44,491 nucleotides of DNA from a bacterium (GCA_049472355.1 JBLIRP010000021.1:1-44491), one strand, 5' to 3'. Positions 30,218-41,300 are shown, counted from the stretch's first letter. Program-made: numbers and translations. Notes: generated by a model not told the origin, from the letters alone.

Positions 30218-32551
30218 ATGTCCCGGAGCGAAGTGCTTACCAGAAAAAGGATACAGGTCAGAGGGGTGGTGCAGGGGATCGGATTTCGCCCCTATATCTA
30301 CCTCCAGGCAACCAGGCGTGACCTGAAGGGGCTCGTGTTCAATACGGAGCAGGGGGTGACCATCGAGGTGGAGGGGGAGGAGGCATCAGTCAACGAATTC
30401 GTTGACGACCTGGAGACACGGCCGCCTCCCCTTGCCCGGATCAGCGGCTTCGATGTCGCCGCCATTCCCCTGCAGGGTGAAACCTCTTTTGTCATCAGAG
30501 AGAGCAGGGAAGGGGTCGACCCTGGGGTGATCATCCCCCCCGATCTCGCCCTGTGCCCCGAGTGCCTGAAGGAGTTGAACGACCCGGCTGACCGCCGCTA
30601 CCGGTATCCCTTCATCAATTGCACCCAGTGCGGCCCCCGCCTCACCATCGTCAGGAAGGTCCCCTATGACCGGGAGAATACCTCCATGGCCTCCTTTCGC
30701 ATGTGCCCGGAATGCGAGGCGGAATTCCATGACCCTTCAAGCAGGCGCTTCCATGCCCAGCCCAATGCCTGCAGCCGATGCGGTCCCCGCGTCCGGCTCG
30801 TGGATAATGCAGGAAACCCTATCCAGGCAGACGACCCCGTGCGAAGGACCGCTGAACTGCTCAAAGCAGGCGCGATTGTGGCCATCAAGGGACTGGGAGG
30901 GTTTCACCTGGCGGTCGATGCAACGAATGAGGGAGCGGTGCAGCGTCTCCGCTCACGAAAGTCCAGGGAGGGGAAACCGCTCGCCGTGATGTCCGGCAGC
31001 ATCGACACGATCCGGCTCTATGCGGAGGTCGGCCCACAGGATGCAGCGCTGCTTGAGGTCCCCCTCCATCCCATCCTGCTTGTTCCCAAAAGGGAGCCGA
31101 ATCCCCTGGCCCCCTCGGTGGCCCGCTGCCAGCGTTCCTTCGGCGTGATGCTTCCCTACACCCCAGTGCACGCAATGCTCCTTGCGGAAGGGTTCATCGC
31201 CCTGGTGATGACGAGCGGAAACCGCTCGGAGGAACCGATAGCGATCCAAAACACCGAGGCATTGGAATCCCTGGCGGACATTGCCGACTATTTCCTCCTC
31301 CATGACAGGGAGATCCTGGTGCGCTGCGACGACTCGGTGGTCATGCCGGTCAACGGCGCACACTATGTCATCAGGCGGGCGCGGGGGTATGTGCCCCTTC
31401 CCGTTCGCCTGTGCGGGAACTTTGAGCCTGTATTGGCACTGGGGGCGGAGATGAAGAATACCCTGTGCGTGCTGCGCGGGAATCAGGCATTCCTGAGCCA
31501 GCATATCGGGGACCTGGACACCTCCGGCGCGCGGCGGTTTTTTGACGAATGCCTCAGCAGGACCCAGGAGATTGCCGGGGTCTTCCCGCGGATCATTGCC
31601 CATGATCGCCATCCCGACTACCATACCACACGGCTTGCCTCCGGCTTGTCCGGCATGAAGGATACGTGTTGCTATGCGGTCCAGCACCATCATGCGCACC
31701 TGGTGAGCTGTATGGCGGACAACGAACTGGAGGGCCCTTTGGTCGGCCTGATCTTCGATGGCACGGGGTATGGAACGGACGGTACGATCTGGGGAGGGGA
31801 GGTGCTGGTGGGGGACGAGGTCCGGTTTGAACGTGCGGCCCATATTGCGCCGTTTCCCCTGCCCGGCGGAGATGCGGCGACCCTGAATCCCTGGCGCATT
31901 GCCCTTGGCCTGCTTTTGCGGATTCACGAGGGAAGCGAGGATGCCCTTTCCCACTCCCACGTGATCCACACCATTCTGGACCGGGAGGGGATTTCCCCCT
32001 CCGCGTACTCATCCATTCACACCATGCTGGACAGGGGGATCAACACCCCCATCACATCGAGCATGGGGCGCCTCTTTGACGCAGTGTCAGTGCTTCTCGG
32101 ATTCACCGGGAGGGTCAGCTATGAAGGGCAGGCCGCCATTGAACTCGAGTACCATGCCTCCCGGAGTGATGACCCTGGGACGTACCCGGTGGTCGTCTCC
32201 ACCGAGGCATCCCCCTGGAGAATGGAGATCGCCCCGATTATCCTGGGCATCGTCGAGGACCTCGACCGCATGGTCCCTCGCGAGGTGATCGGACGCAGGT
32301 TCCACACCACCATCATCCGGATGGGCGTCGATGCCGCCCGCGCTGTGTGCGAGCGCCATGCGATCGACCGCGTGGTTGTGAGCGGGGGGTGCTTCCAGAA
32401 TCGAATCCTTCTTGAAGGAATTGTCGAGGGCCTGCGCAGGCAGGGTATCCATGCATTCTTCCACCGGCACGTCCCCACCAACGACGGCGGCATTTCCCTC
32501 GGCCAGGCGGTGTGCGCCGCTGCGCTCAATGCGCGGGCAAATCCCCGGTAA
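30218..32551 (+). CDS. hypF: Carbamoyltransferase HypF
   Basis: Acylphosphatase GVVQGIGFRP, Zn fingers, KGLGGFHL, QHHHAH, DGTGYG, SSMGRLFD, NDGGISLGQ. Confidence 0.97.
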   Translation: MSRSEVLTRKRIQVRGVVQGIGFRPYIYLQATRRDLKGLVFNTEQGVTIEVEGEEASVNEFVDDLETRPPPLARISGFDVAAIPLQGETSFVIRESREGVDPGVIIPPDLALCPECLKELNDPADRRYRYPFINCTQCGPRLTIVRKVPYDRENTSMASFRMCPECEAEFHDPSSRRFHAQPNACSRCGPRVRLVDNAGNPIQADDPVRRTAELLKAGAIVAIKGLGGFHLAVDATNEGAVQRLRSRKSREGKPLAVMSGSIDTIRLYAEVGPQDAALLEVPLHPILLVPKREPNPLAPSVARCQRSFGVMLPYTPVHAMLLAEGFIALVMTSGNRSEEPIAIQNTEALESLADIADYFLLHDREILVRCDDSVVMPVNGAHYVIRRARGYVPLPVRLCGNFEPVLALGAEMKNTLCVLRGNQAFLSQHIGDLDTSGARRFFDECLSRTQEIAGVFPRIIAHDRHPDYHTTRLASGLSGMKDTCCYAVQHHHAHLVSCMADNELEGPLVGLIFDGTGYGTDGTIWGGEVLVGDEVRFERAAHIAPFPLPGGDAATLNPWRIALGLLLRIHEGSEDALSHSHVIHTILDREGISPSAYSSIHTMLDRGINTPITSSMGRLFDAVSVLLGFTGRVSYEGQAAIELEYHASRSDDPGTYPVVVSTEASPWRMEIAPIILGIVEDLDRMVPREVIGRRFHTTIIRMGVDAARAVCERHAIDRVVVSGGCFQNRILLEGIVEGLRRQGIHAFFHRHVPTNDGGISLGQAVCAAALNARANPR

Positions 32552-32701
32552 TGCAGAGGGGATAGCCTTAAGATGAAACGATGCCGCGATATTCCCTTGT
32601 GACACCGGGGCAGGCCATTGATTCCCTTCCGGCCCGGCGTCATCTACATTGATATTTCGATAAGCTTATGATAACATTTAAATAACTACTCATTGCCACA
32701 T

Positions 32702-32737
32702 TTGTCTAAGAACCAATTGTTGTGCATAATGTATAAT
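32702..32737 (+). promoter_or_regulatory. Possible promoter for hicBA
   Basis: TTGTCT-17 nt-CATAAT, with a second TATAAT at 32732-32737. Confidence 0.45.
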
Positions 32738-32803
32738 TTGAAAAGCAGTTCTTAATTGTTATGAAGTATTATTTGGTGTTATGGTTAAAATAAAGGAGAA
32801 AAC

Positions 32804-33028
32804 ATGAAAGTAATATTAACGGCAGTTTTTGAAAAATCACCCTATGGTTATATTGGATATGTTGAAGAACTACCAGGGGCTAATACACAGGGAACGACTC
32901 TTGAAGAAACGAAAAGGAATCTTGTTGAAGCAATACAATTAGTTTTGGAAGCTAACCGGCAACTTATTGAAGAAGAGATATCTGAGAGAGAAACAATAAA
33001 AGAACCATTAGGCGCTGTCTCAATATGA
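32804..33028 (+). CDS. hicB: HicB-family antitoxin (short, no DNA-binding domain)
   Basis: YIGYVEELPGANTQGTTLEETKRNLVEAIQL; AAGGAG RBS; coupled to hicA. Confidence 0.88.
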   Translation: MKVILTAVFEKSPYGYIGYVEELPGANTQGTTLEETKRNLVEAIQLVLEANRQLIEEEISERETIKEPLGAVSI

Positions 33029-33210
33029 AACGTCAGGATCTCGTTCGCCATATCGAGAAGCATGGGTGTGAGTTCTTAAGGGAAGGTGGCAATCATACAG
33101 TCTATGTAAATCGCAAGGAAAAGAAAGCAACCACCATTCCAAGACATCGTGATATTGATGATGATTTGTCTAGAAAAATCTGTAAAGACCTAGGCATCCC
33201 AAAGCCATAA
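33025..33210 (+). CDS. hicA: HicA-family mRNA interferase toxin
   Basis: GCEFLREGGNH, TTIPRH, ICKDLGI. Confidence 0.9.
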   Translation: MKRQDLVRHIEKHGCEFLREGGNHTVYVNRKEKKATTIPRHRDIDDDLSRKICKDLGIPKP

Positions 33211-33294
33211 CAAGCTCATATACAGGCAGATGGCTTGGAGAGTGTGGCGCTCCTTGCCACGCTAATGCTTTATATAATGCGGAAGCTGTTCCGC
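33205..33294 (+). mobile_element. Degenerate attC-like imperfect palindrome after hicA
   Basis: Starts CCATAAC (contains the hicA stop); ATATA-c-AGGCA pairs with TGCTT-TATAT and AGTGTGGC with GCCACGCT; ends at GTT. The complement GTTATGG lies at 32778-32784. Confidence 0.4.
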
Positions 33295-34059
33295 TAAATA
33301 AATCTATAACTCTGCTTGCCGACTTGAAGGAGGTCGAAACTGAGCACCTCGGAAGTCGCAACGATTGAGGCATTCTTTTTCAATGCCTTTGCCCTATGTG
33401 TAGTTGCCTACCAGACGAGGCTAACTCGGAAATCACTGCGAACAACCATAGATCCTTGGTGTTGTCCATCAGGATGATGCAGGTTGAGATGTTGCCCAAT
33501 GCGAACTGGATTATTAATGTGCGATTGCATCCAGAAATGCGGATAGCTGACCTTGAGAGGGTAATTGAGGACTGCCGGATCACCTCAAAATGCGCGACGC
33601 GGATAGGATGAAGGCTATGGCACGGGCCGGCTCGAAGACTCCTCATGGACTTGTCGGAATTTCGGCACACCTGCTGAATTCATCCCAGAAAAAGTAGTCC
33701 ATAAATTGAGGGAAAATCTTCTTCCTATATTCATTGACCTGTTCTTTCATAGTCATGAGAAGGAGCTGGTTATAGTATAATGAAAATCTGAAATCGATTA
33801 TGGATATTTTAGCAATTAATATATCGAAATTAATAGGTTAACCCTCGGCCTTATTTTAAACGGTTGAATAGTGGTGCTCGTAACCAGGGGAAAGATAGCG
33901 GCGTCTATATAATCTTAGGGAGTAAACTATTTTGGAGGACAAGTATATCATGACTTATTTTGCAGGGGAGGTGATTCGTCGTTAAGAGTAAAAAGATATA
34001 CGTTGATCCATAAGAGTTTATGGATCTTGATGGTAAATCCTGACAGGGATGGTAGCCAC

Positions 34060-36354
34060 ATGAAAAAAACACCTATCCTAATAATATTCACCATATATTT
34101 CCTCCTATTTTATACCCTTGGCTTCAGTCCGGTAACTCAAGCATCGGCAGACGCGGATTATTTTTCGGAGAATGCTGAACGGCTGAAGGAGGAGGGGGAC
34201 TTTGAAAACTGGCCGGGCAAAAACGGACCGGTAAGGGCGGGGATAATCCTGAGCAAGGATCATTTCAGCTCGCTGCAGGAAGCGGAGGAGGATGATATAC
34301 CCATCATTCGTATTATGGATGACGTTGAGGGCGTACTGGGAACCAGGTACAGTTATGGGTGGATAGTCAAGGAGAAGGGGAAGGTACGCATCAAAATTCA
34401 TGTGATGCAGACCTGCCTCCAGGCGCAGAATTTTTTGATCTGGAGATTTGCTACCTGTAGCATGGCTAATATTCATTTGCCCTCCAGGGGAGAGCGATAC
34501 GGTATACATGCAGGGGATATCTCTTTTGTTTCAGACCATTCGATTCTTTTTGTCAGAAATAACATCCATGTCGAGATAACCGTATATGACGAAATGGAAA
34601 ATGATTTAAAGGAAATCGCCGAGGAACTGGATCAACTCCTGTTATCAAGACCCACGGGAGATGATGCGCGTGAGCTGATGCCTGTGATTATAGGGATCAA
34701 TGCGTCAGAGAGCTCCATTAAACCTAACAATATATCTGATCTGACTATAGACATTGAATTCCCCGCAGGCAACCCCACCAATTTAGACCCAATAGAGGAG
34801 GATATTTTTGGCAGAGTTACTGACAGTCCATTCTCAAATGAGGAGTTGATTTTCATGTGGAAGACAACGGAAGGTGATGTATATCTTGACGATGTGGATC
34901 AATATTATTATTCCTCGGAGGAAGAGGGCCTGCACATACTGACACTCCTCCTTTCGGGCAAGGATACAGGCATCGTCACGGAGGCGCAGATTACTATTGA
35001 GGTAACGGATGATGAAGGGATGGATGAGCGATTCTGGGATTTTCTGCTGACCGCGGATGAAGTCCCCGGCTATCGCCTTACAAAGGTGCGCCATCATATT
35101 GCCTACCGCTCCAACCCCGGTGAAACGGAATACGTGGTTGAACAAGACTGGGCTTCAATCGATGAGGACATAGAAGTCAATCTTATGATGGAGATATTTG
35201 ATTCCGAAGAGGCCGCCATACGCGGAATGGATGGTTACATGGACACTGCAGAGCCATGGGTATACGGATCCGTGTATGGGGGGATCCTCGGAGCCCATTC
35301 GTGGAGAACCGGGAATTCCAATTCCGGCGTCATTTTCACCTATGGAAATGTCGGGATTCGCCTGCTAACGCATAAATGTACGGAAGAGGAATCACTGAGA
35401 ATAAATCAAAAGGCAATAACCGATGTGGCACAAAGCCAGCTAAAAAAAATCGATCGGAATCTTGCGCCGGAGATCAATGATTTCAGAGAATCTCTGAGGC
35501 AGACGAGGCTGTCGCCCGCCGAATACAGCCGGTATATGACCGAGGCCGTCGACGTCAATCTCAATGGATACCAATTGATCACCAATGAGAATTCCTTTTG
35601 GCTTTTAAAGGATGAGGGCCTCAGGATGGGTATTCGTAAGGAATGGCAGAACAGTCAAGGTAACGTCATAGGGGTGGATATCTGTAAACTGGAATCAAAC
35701 GCCATGGCAACGGATACCGCATCGGAGAGAAGGGAGATGGGGATAGGTTTCTTTGATGATGAAAAGTGGACAGGTTTCCTTGATGATCAAAACGCAAGCA
35801 GGATCTTGGTCCATGGTAGTGCCGCCATCCATGTCTATAATCTCAACCATGAATATTCTGTCACACGTAAGATAAGCCCTCCATCTTATCCAGCGCCATC
35901 GCCGACATTATCTTTAATGTACCCAATCTATAATGAGCGATTGGGTTTGACTTTTGTCTATTACGGCAATCCATATTATGATCGCGGATCTCTGTATAAC
36001 CGCTTTCCTGCAACCGCATATAGCAATATGTCTTTGAGATATCCATACAATGGCAATGTATATCCGCCTAACGCGACCTCGTATGTCCGGAATAGCGCAG
36101 CTCCTTCATATATAACCGCCGGATATAATTACCCGGTTTCCTCTCCCGGACGATATGCCTTTTCTGTCAATCCAAGGGAGTCGTATGGAGGATATATTTC
36201 CCCATACAGCTATAACCGTCCTCTTTACGGTTTTGCATCCTTTAATCCTTATCCGGCTGTATCCCCAGGCATTCTTACCATGCTTGCCAGCTCCAATCTG
36301 GGCACAGCACTAAAAGGGATTGAACTGATGCATAATCTTTGGCCTTCGTTGTAA
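34060..36354 (+). CDS. Large secreted acidic protein with Tyr/Pro/Ser/Asn-rich C-terminal tail; function unknown
   Basis: Long ORF; MKK plus hydrophobic signal ending TQA at ATG 34060; low-complexity last ~150 aa. Confidence 0.8.
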   Translation: MKKTPILIIFTIYFLLFYTLGFSPVTQASADADYFSENAERLKEEGDFENWPGKNGPVRAGIILSKDHFSSLQEAEEDDIPIIRIMDDVEGVLGTRYSYGWIVKEKGKVRIKIHVMQTCLQAQNFLIWRFATCSMANIHLPSRGERYGIHAGDISFVSDHSILFVRNNIHVEITVYDEMENDLKEIAEELDQLLLSRPTGDDARELMPVIIGINASESSIKPNNISDLTIDIEFPAGNPTNLDPIEEDIFGRVTDSPFSNEELIFMWKTTEGDVYLDDVDQYYYSSEEEGLHILTLLLSGKDTGIVTEAQITIEVTDDEGMDERFWDFLLTADEVPGYRLTKVRHHIAYRSNPGETEYVVEQDWASIDEDIEVNLMMEIFDSEEAAIRGMDGYMDTAEPWVYGSVYGGILGAHSWRTGNSNSGVIFTYGNVGIRLLTHKCTEEESLRINQKAITDVAQSQLKKIDRNLAPEINDFRESLRQTRLSPAEYSRYMTEAVDVNLNGYQLITNENSFWLLKDEGLRMGIRKEWQNSQGNVIGVDICKLESNAMATDTASERREMGIGFFDDEKWTGFLDDQNASRILVHGSAAIHVYNLNHEYSVTRKISPPSYPAPSPTLSLMYPIYNERLGLTFVYYGNPYYDRGSLYNRFPATAYSNMSLRYPYNGNVYPPNATSYVRNSAAPSYITAGYNYPVSSPGRYAFSVNPRESYGGYISPYSYNRPLYGFASFNPYPAVSPGILTMLASSNLGTALKGIELMHNLWPSL

Positions 36355-36463
36355 CTATGAGTATATCCATAGTCATTGTATTCCGTTCTTCGGACAGGAG
36401 GGTATCCAGGGTGTACGTCCTTTCGGAGCCACTTCGTTTCCATCAGATCCGGCAGGGAATCAC

Positions 36464-37471
36464 TTAACATATTCTCGGGAGGATCTCCCCTGTCGGCCGG
36501 TCGAGCATGCGGGTTCCACCGATAGCGGTGCGGATGACCACCTCACCGGCCGAATCCTCGACAACCCGGCCGATGACCGCCGCTTCCCTGCCTGAGGGAT
36601 GGGACCGCATGGTCTCGAGTACCCTCCGGGCGTCCTCGTCGGCGACAAACACCAGCATCTTCCCCTCGTTGGCGACATACAGTGGATCGATGCCGAGTAT
36701 CTCGCACGCCCCCCTCACCGCTGGTTTTACAGGGATGGCCTCCTCCTCGATCAGGAAGGTCTTGCGCGACCTTTCAGCGATTTCATTCAGCACCGAGGCG
36801 ACCCCTCCCCTGGTGGGGTCCCTCATGCAGTGAATGTGCGCCGATGCGGTCAGTATCTCCTTGACCATGGTATGCAGAAAGGCGACGTCCGAGTGTATCT
36901 CGCCCGAGAAGCTGAGCCCTTCCCTCATGCTCATCACCGCCATGCCGTGATCGCCGATGGTCCCGCTCAGGATGATGGTGTCCCCCGGTTGTGCATTCGT
37001 ACCGGAAATGGTGCCGGAATAGCTCACCAGCCCGATCCCCGTTGAATTGATAAAGAGCTTGTCTCCCTTTCCGTGGGGAACCACCTTGGTGTCACCGGTG
37101 ATAACGCTTATGCCGGCCTCCTTTGCCGTACGCGCCATGGATGCGATTACGCGGTCCAGGTCGGCCAGGGGGAATCCCTCCTCGATGACCACGGCCACGC
37201 TGAGGTAGAGGGGTGCTCCGCCGCACATGGCCACGTCGTTTAAGGTGCCGCATATGGCGAGCTTCCCTATGTCCCCTCCGGGAAAGAAGAGGGGGGCCAC
37301 CACGTAGGTGTCGGTGGACATGCACAGGCGTGTGCCGTTGATGGTAAACAGCCCCCCGTCATCGAGAGAACCCAGAATAGGATTGAAAAAGGAGGGGAGA
37401 AAGTGCTCTTCGATCAATTGCTGTGAAAGCATGCCGCCGCTTCCGTGGGCGAGCAATATCGTGTCTGCCAT
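36464..37471 (-). CDS. hypE: Carbamoyl dehydratase HypE
   Basis: LAHGSGG, FFPGGDIGKLA, GDTKVV, MRDPTRGG, ANEGK, C-terminal PRIC; start may be 37480. Confidence 0.97.
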   Translation of the reverse strand: MADTILLAHGSGGMLSQQLIEEHFLPSFFNPILGSLDDGGLFTINGTRLCMSTDTYVVAPLFFPGGDIGKLAICGTLNDVAMCGGAPLYLSVAVVIEEGFPLADLDRVIASMARTAKEAGISVITGDTKVVPHGKGDKLFINSTGIGLVSYSGTISGTNAQPGDTIILSGTIGDHGMAVMSMREGLSFSGEIHSDVAFLHTMVKEILTASAHIHCMRDPTRGGVASVLNEIAERSRKTFLIEEEAIPVKPAVRGACEILGIDPLYVANEGKMLVFVADEDARRVLETMRSHPSGREAAVIGRVVEDSAGEVVIRTAIGGTRMLDRPTGEILPRIC

Positions 37472-37617
37472 GGCCTCCATCCTCGAACTGTATGAATGAG
37501 ACGATATTCCCGACGCGCTTCTGCATCCTGTATGGTCTTATACCATACTTTCACTTGAAAATCCCCTTTGGATATTTTCATGCCTCTTTGTGAGCCGAAG
37601 GCTCATCTGCGTTTCAC

Positions 37618-37666
37618 TTCTACATTCTACATTCTACATTCCACATTCGATATTCGATGTTCGCAG
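37618..37666. repeat. Seven tandem heptamers TTC(N)4
   Basis: TTCTACA x3, TTCCACA, TTCGATA, TTCGATG, TTCGCAG. Confidence 0.85.
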
Positions 37667-37940
37667 TTTCATCAGGCTCATGAGCGTTTCATTAAAAATT
37701 GTAACCGATCAATACATCTATTGTTCCTTCCGACCACCCGTAAGGCCCGTCTCGAAAATGTGTAACGGTCGCCCGGCCCGTGGGGCCGGTTGAGATGTGA
37801 GGTAGCAAGCCATATGTGCGGAGAAGTGATCCCCCGGAGGATGTTGCCCCATGTGAGTCCCTGCTCAACCGGGCGAGATTACGGTCCCCTCATGGCATGC
37901 GGGCGGTACAATGCGGTGCGATAATGACAAAATGACGAGG

Positions 37941-37970
37941 TTGACAGGGGGAGATGGTTCCTGGTATAGT
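37941..37970 (+). promoter_or_regulatory. sigma70-type promoter for the formate dehydrogenase operon
   Basis: TTGACA-18 nt-TATAGT with TGn extended -10. Confidence 0.65.
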
Positions 37971-38347
37971 AGAGAATCAAATCGTTATATTCCAAGCCTT
38001 CGTTTAGGCGGCACACCGTAAGATAACGGTCTTTAAATGAACAGCGTCTGTGGCCTTCGTGGATCAACGGAGGGCCGTAAGATAAGGAATCCCTGTTGAT
38101 GTTGTCTCGTTCTGCAGAAGGTGTTTTTGTCCCCTTTCCTTTCCAGTATTCTTCATGTGATGATTTTCAGTGCCTGTGCGCTGGAATCCATAGCAGCAGC
38201 ATTACCCATTCATTATCTATTCAAACCCTGAAGGGGGTGATTTTACACTCAACGTATCAGTATACGTATCAGTCCATCACAGTATAGCCGTATTCATAGC
38301 CAATGCCATTCATTCCAAACGTCCTCAAAAGGAGGTGTAACATACGT

Positions 38348-41300
38348 ATGGAGGTTAAAAGGAGGGATTTTTTAAAGATCTCCGGGGCGAGCACCGTCGC
38401 CCTTGCTCTGAAGGAGCTGGGGTTTGACGCTGCCTCGGCCCATGCCGAGGTCTCTCCTCTGAGGATTGATTATGCCAAGGAAACCACGACCATTTGTCCA
38501 TATTGTGCGGTCGGTTGCGGCATCATCATCCATTCCGTACAAGGAAAGGTTGTCTATACGGAGGGAGACCCCGATCATCCGATTAACAAGGGTTCGTTAT
38601 GCAGTAAGGGGGGTTCGGTCTATCAGCTTTCGGCCAACAACCCGGCACGGTCCAAGAAGCCACTGTACCGTGCGCCGAACAGCGGCGAGTGGAAGGAGGT
38701 CTCCTGGGACTGGGCCCTGGATAAGATCGCCGAGAGGATCCACGACACCAGGGAAAAGACCTTCACATTCAAGAACAGCAAGGGGCAGACCGTCAACCGG
38801 ACGGAGGCGATTGCCTCTGTGGGCAGCGCCGCCATGGATAACGAGGAGTGCTATATCTACCGCAAGTTCCTCACCGCACTCGGCCTCGTCTATGTCGAAC
38901 ATCAGGCCCGTATCTGACACTCCGCTACTGTAGCGGCTCTGGCAGAGTCGTTTGGTAGAGGGGCCATGACCAACCACTGGACGGATCTCGCGAACTGCGA
39001 CGTGGTTCTGGTTATGGGAAGCAACGCAGCGGAGAATCATCCCATCTCATTCAAGTGGGTCACCAAGGCAAAGGAGCGGGGCGCAACCCTGATTAACGTT
39101 GATCCACGATTCACGCGGACATCAGCAAAGGCGGACATCTATGCCCCCATCAGGTCGGGAGCGGACATCGCGTTCCTGGGCGGCATGATCAAGTACATCC
39201 TGGATAACAGGTTGTATTTCGAAGAGTATGTCAAGCTGTACACCAATGCCTCGTTTCTCGTGAATCCTGCTTTCAAGATGCCGGGGGAGAACGAGGGGCT
39301 TTTTTCCGGCTACGATCCACAGACACGCAAGTATAACAAGTCCACCTGGTCGTTTCAGAAGGATGCGAACGGCATCATCAAGAAGGACCTCACCCTGCAG
39401 GACCCGAACTGCGTGTTTCAGCTTCTCAAGAAGCACTTCTCCCGGTATGACGCGGATATCGTCTCGCAGATCACCGGGACCCCGAAGGATCTCCTGCTGA
39501 AGGTCTACAAGGCATACGCCTCGACCGGGAAAGCGGGTAAGGCGGGAACGATCATGTACGCGATGGGCTGGACCCAGCATACCGTGGGCACCCAGAACAT
39601 CCGCACCATGTCCATCATTCAGTTGCTCCTCGGAAATATGGGTATAGCAGGGGGCGGGGTGAACGCACTGCGCGGCGAGTCCAATGTGCAGGGTTCCACC
39701 GACCAGTGCCTGCTCTTCCACATACTCCCCGGATACCTCAAGACCCCTAATGCCTCTCTTGCCACGCTCAAGGCATACAACGAGGCATCGACCCCGACCA
39801 CGAACGATCCGAAGAGCGCCAACTGGTGGGGCAACTATCCCAAGTATTCGGTGAGCCTCCTGAAGGCATTCTTCGGCGCAAACGCGACGGCTGGAAACGA
39901 TTTCGGCTATGATTGGCTGCCGAAGCTGGATGACGGGGCGAACTACTCCTGGCTGACGCTCTTTGATGCGATGGACAAGGGGAACATCAAGGGATTCTTT
40001 GCATGGGGACAGAACCCTGCCTGCAGCGGCGCCAATGCCGGCAAAGTCAGGAGGGCCATGGGGAAACTCGACTGGATGGTGAACGTGAATATCTTCGATA
40101 ACGAGACCTGTTCCTTTTGGAAGGGACCGGGCATGAACCCGGCCCAGATCAAGACGGAGGTCTTTTTCCTCCCCTGCGCCGGATTTTTCGAGAAGGAGGG
40201 GAGCATCACCAACAGCGGTCGTTGGATGCAGTGGCGCTACAAGGCCGTGGAACCGGCCGGCGAATCCCTGCCGGACGGCGAGATCATCAGCGAGCTGGCC
40301 CACAAGGTGAAGAAGCTGGTGAAGGAGAAGGGGAGCAAATTCCCTGATCCAATCATCAATATGACCTGGGACTACGGCCCCAAGAATCCGGACGGCTCCC
40401 TGAAGCACTTCGACGCCCACGCAGCCGCGAAGGAGATCAACGGCTACTTCATGGAAGACAAGGAGATCGGCGGGACACTTTACAAGAAGGACACCCTGGT
40501 GCCCAGTTTTGCCTTCCTCCAGAGCGACGGTTCCACCTCCTCTGGGAACTGGCTCTATTGCAACAGCTACACGGAAAAGGGCAATATGGCGGCGCGTCGC
40601 AACAACAAGGACGAGAGCGGCATCGGCCTTTACTCCGAATGGGCCTGGTGCTGGCCGGTCAACAGGCGGATCATTTACAACCGCGCCTCGGTTGACGAGA
40701 AGGGTCAGCCCTGGGACAAGGAGCACCCCGTCATCTGGTGGAACGGCAGCGGATGGAAGGGCGATGTGCCCGACGGAGGCTGGCCCCCGCTCGCGAACGA
40801 GGGAAAGACAAGGTATGCCTTTATCATGAAGCCCGAGGGGTATGCACACATCTTCGGCCCCGGCCTTGCCGAGGGCCCCTTTCCCGAGCACTACGAACCC
40901 CTCGAATGTCCGATCGAGAAGAACCTCATCCCGGGCAATCCGCTCATGATCAGCCCCACGGTCAAGATGTTCAGCAAGAAGGGTGAAGGGGAGGGACAGG
41001 ATGTGTTTATGAGCTGCGATCCTCGCTATCCCCTCGTCTGCTCGACCTACCGGGTTTCCGAGCACTGGCAGACAGGGCTCATGACGAGGTGGCAGCCGTG
41101 GCTCGCCGAGCTGCAGCCGGCCATGTTCGTCGAGATGAGCAAGGAACTGGCGAACGATCGCGGGATCAATAATGGCGACCTGTGTATCGTCAAATCCGCC
41201 CGCGGCGAGGTCGATGCGGTCGCCATCGTCACCGACCGGTTCAAGCCGTTCGTCATAGGCGGGCAGACGGTCCATCAGGTGGGCATACCCTGGCACTACG

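Noticed and set aside
33303..33670. Short ORFs or a gene remnant after hicA
   Set aside because: No recognisable family or convincing RBS-start pair; may be decayed DNA but cannot be called.
38303..38917. Separate small FDH gene or pseudogene
   Set aside because: The TGA is the Sec codon; the frame continues with conserved sequence and a SECIS hairpin.
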